Virus record (IMG/VR): IMGVR_UViG_3300033153_002115
Coordinates: 34,469-98,468 of that record
From: a virus
Direction: 5' to 3' (one strand)
Length of the DNA: 64,000 bases
Shown here: piece by piece, positions 20,790 to 28,073 of the stretch
Numbering within the stretch: position 1 is the stretch's first letter
How the letters are laid out: each line of letters starts with the position of its first letter
Translations under genes and position numbers: made by a program
The notes under the pieces: generated by a model
Seen by the model: the letters and a program-made list of their open reading frames with translations, nothing else
Told to the model about the DNA's origin: nothing
Database searches by the model: none

Positions 20790-23700
20790 ATGCAGTGTTT
20801 AAATATTAATCTACCGAGCATAAGAAAAAACCTAGATGACCTGACTAAATTGACAGGTGATAAAGAAGTAGCTTATGCAACCTTAGCTAGTAATAATGGT
20901 TATACAATGAAACAGACCATGACTGGTAAAGTTTCTTCTCTGTATAACGAATTGGAAGCTATTTCTAATATACCAGAAGAAGCAGAGATTCTAAAAATGA
21001 ATGTGCATTCTTCGGAATTCATAGAAAAATTTGGTGATTGGCGAAATTTAAAACAAGGTAGGTTGAACACAGACAACGAACCAAAGTTGTTTACCGAAAC
21101 CGGTAAATATTATTACATAGGTGAAAAGAATAAACGTATTTCGATTAAAGTAAATAAACCTGCATCTTTTAAAAAAGTAGCCCCACTTACAAGTGAAGAG
21201 ACAAATAATGCGTTAAAAAAGCAATACACTAAAGATACAGAAGGGCCAATAAAGAAAGGATCCTTTGTATCATTCAAAAGTAAAGACGGAGGTATTACTG
21301 ATGCCATGGTGTATAAAGTAAATCCTAATGGGTCATTCAATTTATTTAACACTACAACAGTTACCAAAGATCATATCGGTATTTTACAAAACAAAACCCC
21401 TAGACAACTTACTAAAAAGGGGGACTATCATACCATAGGTGGAGCTAAAGGTAAACCAGAAGTGTTAGTATTATACGCAAATAAAGACCGTAAAGAACCT
21501 CTAATACTTAATATAAAAGATAAGATTAGTGTTAATAAACAATCTTCTAACATACAACAAAACTATATAGACGCTGCTGTACAGTATGGTCTATCTAAGG
21601 AACCTACTATAAAACCTACTGAAACAGTAGAAACTAAACCGTTACATACAGATAAAGATAAAGTCTTCGTACATGCCGAAAATGTACAGGAAGTTGATGA
21701 AGTTAAAGCAGGCATAGATGAAGATATATCCAATGGTGTGAAAGTATTTATGGTGCTGCCTCCTCAATTCGCGAATCAACACGATATGGCTATATCAGCC
21801 TATCTAACTGATATGGATTGGGTATATAATGTAAATGAAGGTGTGGCTTATTTCGCTAAACCTAAAGCTAAAATACCTACAACAGAATCTCAAAAAGTTC
21901 CAGGCCCAACACAATCCTTTTCCAAAAGAACTCCAGGTACAATTACGGATTCAAAAGGAAACTTACATAAACTTGGTACGTTAGCTGCTAATATGATACA
22001 GTTTCTACAAGAGAAGAGACAAGATGCACTACCTTATTTGAGACAAGGAAAACAACTAGTAAGTAAAATTGAAAGAGCGTTATTAAAAGCTGTACCGGAT
22101 GCAACATTATTTATATATAATAAGATTCCAGAAGTGGTATTGGCTAATAGACAATTGAAAGAACGTATAGCTACAGATTCAAAAGATCCAAGGATACGTC
22201 AGGTTACAGGGTCAGATAACATAGACCTATACAATAGTTTAATGTATGATTTATATACAGAAACTGTACATAGAGCTATGCAATTAGATCGCAAAGTTCC
22301 AGGTAAAGGAGGCTCATTCAATCTACGTAGTGATCATATACAAGCTAAACTTAGAAACGATATTAGGAGTTTAGAGGAAAGGAAGCTTAACTTACAAAAT
22401 ACAGGAGCAGCGAATAAGGATATAGATGCTGTAACAACAGAAATTAACGACATCAATGCTATATTAGAACAAGATGTAGAAGAATACAACCTAAAGACTC
22501 TTAAAGATATAGCAAAAACTGACTTAGCAAAAGCCAGAAGAATACTTGCTAAAGAAAATATAAGTCCTGATGAGTTTGTACGTGCTAAAAACATACTGCA
22601 GAATTGGATAGACGTAGGGAATTTTGAGGATACAGATAAAAATATATTTCTGGACGAGTCTCAAGCAGTAAATCCGGAAATACAAAAAGACTTTAAAGAG
22701 ATAGCTAATGAAGCTGAATCAATCAAGGATACATCATTGAACAATAAAGGCAGGAACTTGATAACTAGTAAAATAAGTTCTACTTTAAACAAAGTATTCA
22801 ACTTTAATGACATAACTAAATTAAAGAATAAAGTAAACGGTTGGTTTAAAACAGTATTTTCTATAGCTAAAGTGGATAACCCGACTGTAGCTTACATAAT
22901 GAAAACTATAAACACTGCCGCTAAGAAAGCAGAAGTAAAAGCTATTACAGAAAGTAATCATTTAGCTGAGTTATATGAGACTTTGCGACAAAAAGGTTTT
23001 GATTTTGAGTTGTTTTGGCAAAAAGATAAAGATGGTACGGTTACCGGTAATCTGGTTAGTGAATACACTTCTGAATACCTAAAAAGACTACGTAACTTTA
23101 AAAGAGGTTACGGTAGACTTTCAGACTATAAAAATGATAATGTATTTATCGATGTAAGTAGATTAGCAGGAGCTTCAACTCTAGCTATAGAAAAATACGT
23201 AGAAGAGTTAACTCCGATTATAGGCAGAGATAAAGCTATATCTGCTGTAGCAGAAGCCGACATGCTCTTTAAACGGTATATGGAAATAAAAGACCATTAT
23301 TTAATGGCAGAGTTTGGTGTAGAGAATGAAGAGGAATTGGAAGCAGGTAGTGAAGAGGCGAGTAGGATGTTACAATGGAAAATACAAAATTCCCCTGCTA
23401 TACGTGCTGCTGCTATAGATAAAGCGAATACAGGTACTTTTAACGAGATTCAAGGGGCTGCTGCTGACAGATTCCTGGTAACTGTACCAAAAAAGTTCGA
23501 TGAAAATGGAAAACCTACTGAACTATACGACGATACATTTACGTCTATTACTGAAGACACAGACGCCGCTGCTTTCTATAAGAGAGCTTATGAAATAACT
23601 AAAAAAGCAAAAGAACATTTCAATACTAGCGGTATGACTGAGTATGCTTTAGGTGCTATACAGAATACCATACTAGAAGAATACCAAGAACACGGTATAA

Positions 23701-25538
23701 AAGAATTTACAAAGAAAACTTTATGGGATAATGCAGTAAACTATGCTGCAGGTAAAGATAATAAAAAAGAAATAACAGATCCAGTTACAGGTAAAACTGT
23801 AAAAGTACTGGATAAAGGAGTACAAACCTTAGAGTCTTTAATATCTAAGGAAATGAAAAACATACACGAAGTTAGGGAGTTAAATCCACAACAAATTAGA
23901 GAGTTATCTGCCGAAGATAGAGCTGAGATATACCGAGAAGCATCGGATATTGTAATGAAGAGTCATAGTGGTGATATATTTAAAGCCCTTAACTCATTAA
24001 ATCTTGCGGCTCTTTCTTATGGATATAAATCTGCTATTAAACCTGAAATAGATATGGCTCTCCACTACTTAGAGCAAATGGAAGCAGGTATATCGGATGA
24101 AGAGTTCAGTTTTGGTGATATAGATAGTAAAGATGTAGGCAATGTTAAAGACATGGTAGACTACTTTATCGACAGAGAATACTTCGATATAGGAAACCAG
24201 GATAAGTCGATGAAACTGCCGATTTCTGTCTATACATCGGATGAAAAGAGAAGAAGAAAGCAATTGTTAGAACAATTAGAAAGACTAGCTACAGATCAAA
24301 CTCTAAAAGGTAAAACTACAAAGAAACGTCTTGAAACAGAATTAAAAGAAATCGGGCGTAATGTAACAGTGAATTCTATCCTTAAGAGTTTAATGGATTT
24401 TATGAGAATATCTACAATGGGGTGGAATATACAGTCAGCTATTGCTAACTTTATGCAAGGTCAGATAGTAAATATAATACATGCCGCTGAAGGGAAATTG
24501 TTTACTTGGGAAACTTTAAAAGCAGCTTATTCTACAGTATTTACAGAAAAGTTCGATAATATTATAAAGAACTACGCTGTTCTTGGTGATATTATGTATG
24601 ATTTTGAACGTAAGAACCCATTCGAAAAGAAAAAAGGGGTTTTCGGTAAAATAAAAAGCGCTGTAATGCCTTACGCTGGTACAAAAATAGCCGAAAAATT
24701 GAATCAAGGTAACATAACTGTTGCTATGTTAATGCATATGCAAGTACAAGATAAAAATGGTAATGATATAAGCATTTGGGATGCTATAGATGATAAGGGG
24801 ACTTTATCAAAAGAATACACATTTAATGGACAGAAAGGAGACGCAGCTATAGCAGAAGTTATTATACCTATAAGAGATCAAATAAACTTAATTCATGGTG
24901 ACTATAATAACGCTAAATTACTTGGTAAAACTATTGTAGGTAAAGCAGCATCGATGTTTCATTTATGGTTTTTTGAACCATATCATGCGCATTTTGGAGC
25001 AAGAAAATATAATGCTATTTTAGGTAGAGAAACAAGAGGACGTGTATTATCGGCTATGGAATTAATCCCAAAATACGGATTAAGTTATAAAAAAATGCGA
25101 CAAGCTAGAGCAACCGAGAAAATAACTGAAGTTGATCTTAATAATATAAAAGTACTTTTTATGGAACTTAGTGCTATAGCTGTTACAGGGTTACTATCTC
25201 TATTAGCTAAAGCTACTTTATGTAATGATGAAGAAACCAAATGTGGTGGTGTAGGGACTACTTATCTAGTTAATACTCTTAATCGTATAGCAAGAGAAGT
25301 AAAAACATTTACAGATCCTACTGCATATTATGATCTTGTAACGAATCCTGTCGCTGTAGCTAGATACCTTAAAAGTATAGCTAGGATATTCCAGTATATG
25401 AGTGATGCGGCAGCAGGAGAGGATATGGATAATAAAGATGGGGATAATAAAATACTTATAACTTTAAGTAAAGAATTCCCTATATTAAGAAGATTAATTA
25501 TTGAACGTGATTTAATGGAAAATATTAGAAATTATTAA
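20790..25538 (+). CDS. Giant virion cargo protein, 1582 aa
   Basis: Last gene of the cargo block; N-terminal FIEKFGDW...NEP motif seen in large phage virion proteins; helical body; hydrophobic C-terminal segments. Confidence 0.65.
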   Translation: MQCLNINLPSIRKNLDDLTKLTGDKEVAYATLASNNGYTMKQTMTGKVSSLYNELEAISNIPEEAEILKMNVHSSEFIEKFGDWRNLKQGRLNTDNEPKLFTETGKYYYIGEKNKRISIKVNKPASFKKVAPLTSEETNNALKKQYTKDTEGPIKKGSFVSFKSKDGGITDAMVYKVNPNGSFNLFNTTTVTKDHIGILQNKTPRQLTKKGDYHTIGGAKGKPEVLVLYANKDRKEPLILNIKDKISVNKQSSNIQQNYIDAAVQYGLSKEPTIKPTETVETKPLHTDKDKVFVHAENVQEVDEVKAGIDEDISNGVKVFMVLPPQFANQHDMAISAYLTDMDWVYNVNEGVAYFAKPKAKIPTTESQKVPGPTQSFSKRTPGTITDSKGNLHKLGTLAANMIQFLQEKRQDALPYLRQGKQLVSKIERALLKAVPDATLFIYNKIPEVVLANRQLKERIATDSKDPRIRQVTGSDNIDLYNSLMYDLYTETVHRAMQLDRKVPGKGGSFNLRSDHIQAKLRNDIRSLEERKLNLQNTGAANKDIDAVTTEINDINAILEQDVEEYNLKTLKDIAKTDLAKARRILAKENISPDEFVRAKNILQNWIDVGNFEDTDKNIFLDESQAVNPEIQKDFKEIANEAESIKDTSLNNKGRNLITSKISSTLNKVFNFNDITKLKNKVNGWFKTVFSIAKVDNPTVAYIMKTINTAAKKAEVKAITESNHLAELYETLRQKGFDFELFWQKDKDGTVTGNLVSEYTSEYLKRLRNFKRGYGRLSDYKNDNVFIDVSRLAGASTLAIEKYVEELTPIIGRDKAISAVAEADMLFKRYMEIKDHYLMAEFGVENEEELEAGSEEASRMLQWKIQNSPAIRAAAIDKANTGTFNEIQGAAADRFLVTVPKKFDENGKPTELYDDTFTSITEDTDAAAFYKRAYEITKKAKEHFNTSGMTEYALGAIQNTILEEYQEHGIKEFTKKTLWDNAVNYAAGKDNKKEITDPVTGKTVKVLDKGVQTLESLISKEMKNIHEVRELNPQQIRELSAEDRAEIYREASDIVMKSHSGDIFKALNSLNLAALSYGYKSAIKPEIDMALHYLEQMEAGISDEEFSFGDIDSKDVGNVKDMVDYFIDREYFDIGNQDKSMKLPISVYTSDEKRRRKQLLEQLERLATDQTLKGKTTKKRLETELKEIGRNVTVNSILKSLMDFMRISTMGWNIQSAIANFMQGQIVNIIHAAEGKLFTWETLKAAYSTVFTEKFDNIIKNYAVLGDIMYDFERKNPFEKKKGVFGKIKSAVMPYAGTKIAEKLNQGNITVAMLMHMQVQDKNGNDISIWDAIDDKGTLSKEYTFNGQKGDAAIAEVIIPIRDQINLIHGDYNNAKLLGKTIVGKAASMFHLWFFEPYHAHFGARKYNAILGRETRGRVLSAMELIPKYGLSYKKMRQARATEKITEVDLNNIKVLFMELSAIAVTGLLSLLAKATLCNDEETKCGGVGTTYLVNTLNRIAREVKTFTDPTAYYDLVTNPVAVARYLKSIARIFQYMSDAAAGEDMDNKDGDNKILITLSKEFPILRRLIIERDLMENIRNY

Positions 25539-25539
25539 G

Positions 25540-25625
25540 AAGAGAGGATGGGATTCGAACCCACGGAGCTTTTACACCCTCTGATTTAGCAAACCAGTGC
25601 AATAGACCAACTCTGCCACCTCTCT
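25540..25625 (-). tRNA. tRNA-Ser(GCT)
   Basis: Anticodon arm CTGGT-TT GCT AA-ATCAG, long variable arm, TTCGAAT T-loop. Confidence 0.9.
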
Positions 25626-25630
25626 TTATG

Positions 25631-25701
25631 AGATGCCGGTCAGGATCGAACTGACGAACGGAGCTTTGCAGGCAACTACCTTACCACTCGGTTACAGCAT
25701 C
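25631..25701 (-). tRNA. tRNA-Cys(GCA), imperfect anticodon stem
   Basis: Loop CT GCA AA; acceptor GATGCTG/CGGCATC; two mismatches in the anticodon stem. Confidence 0.75.
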
Positions 25702-25704
25702 ATG

Positions 25705-25776
25705 CACAGGGAGTAGGATTCGAACCTACAAACTACGCTTTTGGAGAACGCTTGCCACACCTATAACTGCCCCTGT
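25705..25776 (-). tRNA. tRNA-Trp(CCA)
   Basis: Loop CT CCA AA; acceptor ACAGGGG/TCCCTGT, G73; atypical D-arm. Confidence 0.8.
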
Positions 25777-25780
25777 ATTG

Positions 25781-25860
25781 TGCCTCACGAAGAATCGAAC
25801 TTCCTAGTCATTAGACACCAGATTTACAGTCTGGTCCTGATCCCACTCAGCAGACTCGGC
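25781..25860 (-). tRNA. tRNA-Tyr(GTA), irregular acceptor stem
   Basis: CCAGA-CT GTA AA-TCTGG, long variable arm; acceptor stem only partly paired. Confidence 0.7.
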
Positions 25861-25865
25861 ATTAG

Positions 25866-25950
25866 AGGAAAGTGTGGGATTCCAACCCACAAGACTTTGA
25901 CATCCTACTGGTTTTCAAGACCAGGCCCTCGTGCACCACGGACACTTTCC
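25866..25950 (-). tRNA. tRNA-Ser(TGA)
   Basis: CTGGT-CT TGA AA-ACCAG; acceptor GGAAAGT/ACTTTCC; long variable arm. Confidence 0.85.
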
Positions 25951-25955
25951 TTATG

Positions 25956-26028
25956 TGGAATCAGATAGACTCGAACTACCGTCTCAAGATCTTCAATCTC
26001 GTGCTATTGCCTCCTCAGCTATGATTCC
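25956..26028 (-). tRNA. tRNA-Phe(GAA)
   Basis: CGAGA-TT GAA GA-TCTTG; acceptor GGAATCA/TGATTCC. Confidence 0.88.
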
Positions 26029-26033
26029 ATTAG

Positions 26034-26108
26034 TGCGGAAAGAGAGACTCGAACTCTCAGAACTCTGGAGCCTAAATCCAGCGACTTTACCTATTTGCCC
26101 ACTCCCGC
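26034..26108 (-). tRNA. tRNA-Leu(TAG), short variable region
   Basis: CTGGA-TT TAG GC-TCCAG; acceptor GCGGGAG/TTTCCGC; only 6 nt between anticodon and T arms. Confidence 0.85.
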
Positions 26109-26114
26109 ATTTTG

Positions 26115-26201
26115 TGCACCTGGTGAGAGTCGAACTCACAAGACCATCACTGATCACTGGGGCTTAAACCCAGCGCGTTTCTCCAGTTTCGCCACAGACG
26201 C
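26115..26201 (-). tRNA. tRNA-Leu(TAA)
   Basis: CTGGG-TT TAA GC-CCCAG; long variable arm; A73. Confidence 0.9.
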
Positions 26202-26204
26202 ATA

Positions 26205-26241
26205 TAAACCAGAAAGACCCTACTCGTTAAAGTAAGGTCTT
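26205..26241 (-). terminator. Attenuator terminator of tRNA operon B
   Basis: Hairpin AAGACCTTACT-TTAACG-AGTAGGGTCTT followed by TCTGGTTT, just before tRNA-Leu(TAA); its 5' arm (CCTTAC) can alternatively pair with GTAAGG in the leader. Confidence 0.75.
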
Positions 26242-26272
26242 AGTACTATATTGTATTATTTATATAGCTATC

Positions 26273-26332
26273 CTAATCCCTTACCGAAGTAAGCAGCGAC
26301 CAGAAACTAAATAAATAACATGTTGTTTTCAT
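26273..26332 (-). CDS. Leader peptide B, MKTTCYLFSFWSLLTSVRD (19 aa), putative attenuator of the Leu/Phe/Ser/Tyr/Trp/Cys tRNA operon
   Basis: Translated by hand. Codons TGT TAT TTA TTT AGT TTC TGG TCG CTG CTT match the 8 downstream tRNAs; the 3' end overlaps the antiterminator arm. Confidence 0.85.
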   Translation of the reverse strand: MKTTCYLFSFWSLLTSVRD

Positions 26333-26442
26333 AAAATGTTATATTAAAACCGGTTAAATTAATAACCGGCCTTTACAATTTAAAGTGTCAATCAGGTTTT
26401 GCACCCCTGTTTTACATGACAAACTCGTTGTTTTTGCGGTAA

Positions 26443-26474
26443 CAAATATACACCTTATATATTATACAACCAAA
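26443..26474 (-). promoter_or_regulatory. Bacteroidota sigma70 promoter for tRNA operon B
   Basis: TTTG-N20-TATATTTG, matching the -33/-7 consensus. Confidence 0.75.
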
Positions 26475-26480
26475 TAAAAG

Positions 26481-26553
26481 TTACCCCGGCTGGATTCGAA
26501 CCAGAATTACAAGGCTCAAAACCTTGTGTGCTTGCCGTTTACACTACAGGGCA
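26481..26553 (-). tRNA. tRNA-Gln(TTG)
   Basis: CAAGG-TT TTG AG-CCTTG; U1-A72. Confidence 0.88.
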
Positions 26554-26558
26554 ATATG

Positions 26559-26631
26559 AGAAGGTGAAAGGAATCGAACCTTCAACCTCCGAATTCGTAG
26601 TCCGGGGCTCATCCATTTGAGCTACACCTCC
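26559..26631 (-). tRNA. tRNA-Arg(ACG)
   Basis: CCGGA-CT ACG AA-TTCGG. Confidence 0.88.
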
Positions 26632-26636
26632 ATTAG

Positions 26637-26709
26637 TGATGCCTCTGGGTTTCGAACCCAGGCTCTTCGCATTAAAAGTGCGAGGCTTTACCAACTAAGC
26701 TAAGACACC
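26637..26709 (-). tRNA. tRNA-Lys(TTT)
   Basis: TCGCA-CT TTT AA-TGCGA. Confidence 0.9.
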
Positions 26710-26826
26710 TGATAAATAGAATATCTATACTCCTTTATCGGTGCGGCCAGTTCTCCGTACATCTCTACGACCTCCAAGCCTCTTGAATTAACACTATACA
26801 TAACATTTAATTTTAATTAATACTAG

Positions 26827-26901
26827 TACTGCCAACGAGGCTCGAACTCGCATCTTCCAGGATGAAAACCTGACGTCCTACTCCATTTAGACTACAGCAG
26901 C
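26827..26901 (-). tRNA. tRNA-Glu(TTC)
   Basis: TCAGG-TT TTC AT-CCTGG. Confidence 0.88.
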
Positions 26902-26912
26902 ATATAATTTAG

Positions 26913-26984
26913 AACCCCTACCGAGAGTCGAACTCAGGACTTGGGTTTAGAAGACCCACGCTTTTCCAGTTAAGCTATAAGGGT
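26913..26984 (-). tRNA. tRNA-Arg(TCT)
   Basis: TGGGT-CT TCT AA-ACCCA. Confidence 0.85.
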
Positions 26985-26989
26985 ACCTG

Positions 26990-27063
26990 TAGGGATGGCA
27001 GGAATTGAACCGACGCTCTCCCGGATATCAGCCGGGCACTTTAACCAACTAAGCTACACCCCC
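26990..27063 (-). tRNA. tRNA-Ile(GAT)
   Basis: CCCGG-CT GAT AT-CCGGG. Confidence 0.88.
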
Positions 27064-27068
27064 ATATG

Positions 27069-27144
27069 TTGACCTGGGCGGATTCGAACCGACGACTTCT
27101 TCCTTGTAAGGGAAGCACTCTGAACCAGACTGAGTTACAGATCA
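27069..27144 (-). tRNA. tRNA-Val(TAC)
   Basis: CTTCC-CT TAC AA-GGAAG. Confidence 0.88.
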
Positions 27145-27149
27145 ATTTG

Positions 27150-27223
27150 CGGACTGGTAAAGATTCGAACTTTACATACTTTCTGATATTCATCAGATTT
27201 TCTTTCCCGTTAATTTACAGCCC
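27150..27223 (-). pseudogene. tRNA-like element with 6-nt anticodon loop and no clear D-arm
   Basis: Acceptor-like GGGCTG/CAGTCC, T-arm GTAAAG-TTCGAAT-CTTTAC, arm TCTGA-TGAATA-TCAGA. Confidence 0.6.
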
Positions 27224-27230
27224 AATATAG

Positions 27231-27306
27231 CGGTCCCGGAGGGTATCGAACCCTCGTTTTTCTAGCGTGACAGGCTAGATCCCCGGCCATTGGGGCTCAC
27301 GAAACC
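27231..27306 (-). tRNA. tRNA-Asp(GTC)
   Basis: CTAGC-CT GTC AC-GCTAG; G73. Confidence 0.88.
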
Positions 27307-27310
27307 ATTG

Positions 27311-27384
27311 TGGGCAATGCTGGATTTGAACCAACGACCTTCTCCTTATGAGGGAGCTGCTCTACCTGACTAAGCTAAAAGCCC
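27311..27384 (-). tRNA. tRNA with CAT anticodon, probably Ile2 (lysidine, reads ATA)
   Basis: Loop CT CAT AA; 5' GGGCTTTTAGCTTAG resembles Ile2 rather than Met; leader A contains an ATA codon. Confidence 0.7.
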
Positions 27385-27389
27385 AAAAG

Positions 27390-27464
27390 TTGCGGGAGTG
27401 AGAATCGAACTCACGTTAATCTTGCTTATGAGACAAGGCTGGAACCCCTCCAGACCACCCCGCA
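27390..27464 (-). tRNA. tRNA-Met(CAT)
   Basis: Loop CT CAT AA; fMet-like acceptor TGCGGGG/TCCCGCA but lacking the three anticodon-stem G-C pairs. Confidence 0.8.
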
Positions 27465-27566
27465 ATATAAGATCAGGTGTCGCACCTAAAGACTTACTTA
27501 AATCCAGCTCGGAACTGCAATCTATTTATCTTAGCGATACAAGGGAATCGAACCCTTCACCTAATG

Positions 27567-27639
27567 AGCCTCCGACAGGAATCGAACCTGTTATCCTCTG
27601 ATTACAAATCAGTAGCTTCGCCAGCAAAGCTTAAGAGGC
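27567..27639 (-). tRNA. tRNA-Thr(TGT)
   Basis: CTGA-TT TGT AA-TCAG; acceptor GCC/GGC. Confidence 0.85.
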
Positions 27640-27643
27640 ATAA

Positions 27644-27683
27644 TTGGTCGGTGTTTTTATACAGGTACCAACCAAGAGCCTGT
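27644..27683 (-). ncRNA. Putative 40-nt H-type pseudoknot RNA in a tRNA spacer
   Basis: S1 ACAGG/CCTGT, L1 CTC, S2 TTGGTTGGT/ACCGACCAA, L2 A, A-rich L3 ATAAAAAC. Confidence 0.5.
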
Positions 27684-27688
27684 CTTCG

Positions 27689-27762
27689 AGCGAGTAGACG
27701 GGATCAAACCGACTCTAATCCTGGTTGGAAGCCAGGTGCACCATCATTTATGCGTTACTCGC
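27689..27762 (-). tRNA. tRNA-Gly(TCC)
   Basis: CCTGG-CT TCC AA-CCAGG; acceptor GCGAGTA/TACTCGC, U73. Confidence 0.88.
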
Positions 27763-27767
27763 TTATG

Positions 27768-27839
27768 CGGAATGAGATGGATTCGAACCAACGTACATCT
27801 GCTTAACAGGCAGGCGCTAAGCCGCTTAGCTATCATTCC
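27768..27839 (-). tRNA. tRNA-Asn(GTT)
   Basis: CTGC-CT GTT AA-GCAG; G73. Confidence 0.88.
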
Positions 27840-27843
27840 TTAG

Positions 27844-27915
27844 TGGAGCCGAAGTGAATCGAACACTCGTAACTCTGCTTGCAAGGCAAAGCTTCTAACC
27901 AACAAGACCAACCCC
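27844..27915 (-). tRNA. tRNA-Ala(TGC)
   Basis: Loop CT TGC AA; G3:U70 identity pair present. Confidence 0.85.
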
Positions 27916-27919
27916 ATTG

Positions 27920-27993
27920 GGTGTATGATGAGACTCGAACTCACTTCAACTGGAACCACAATCCAGCCCCTCGGCCACTTCGGGATCATACAC
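27920..27993 (-). tRNA. tRNA-His(GTG)
   Basis: CTGGA-TT GTG GT-TCCAG; C73; position -1 encoded as T, not G. Confidence 0.85.
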
Positions 27994-27995
27994 AG

Positions 27996-28069
27996 TAGGG
28001 TGAGTCAGATTCGAACTGACGGACCGGTGATTCCAAATCACCGTAGTATAGCCTCTGCAATACCACCCT
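27996..28069 (-). tRNA. tRNA-Pro(TGG)
   Basis: GGTGA-TT TGG AA-TCACC; acceptor AGGGTGG/TCACCCT. Confidence 0.8.
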
Positions 28070-28073
28070 ATAT

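Noticed and set aside
26700-26801. 33-codon - strand ORF (MYSVNSRGLEVV...) in the Glu-Lys spacer as a third attenuator leader
   Set aside because: No terminator/antiterminator pair follows, its composition does not match the downstream Lys/Arg/Gln tRNAs, and it runs into tRNA-Lys
27469-27533. Possible ochre suppressor tRNA (TTA) in the degenerate element
   Set aside because: Stems are too poor to assign an anticodon, and TAA is the main stop codon in the window
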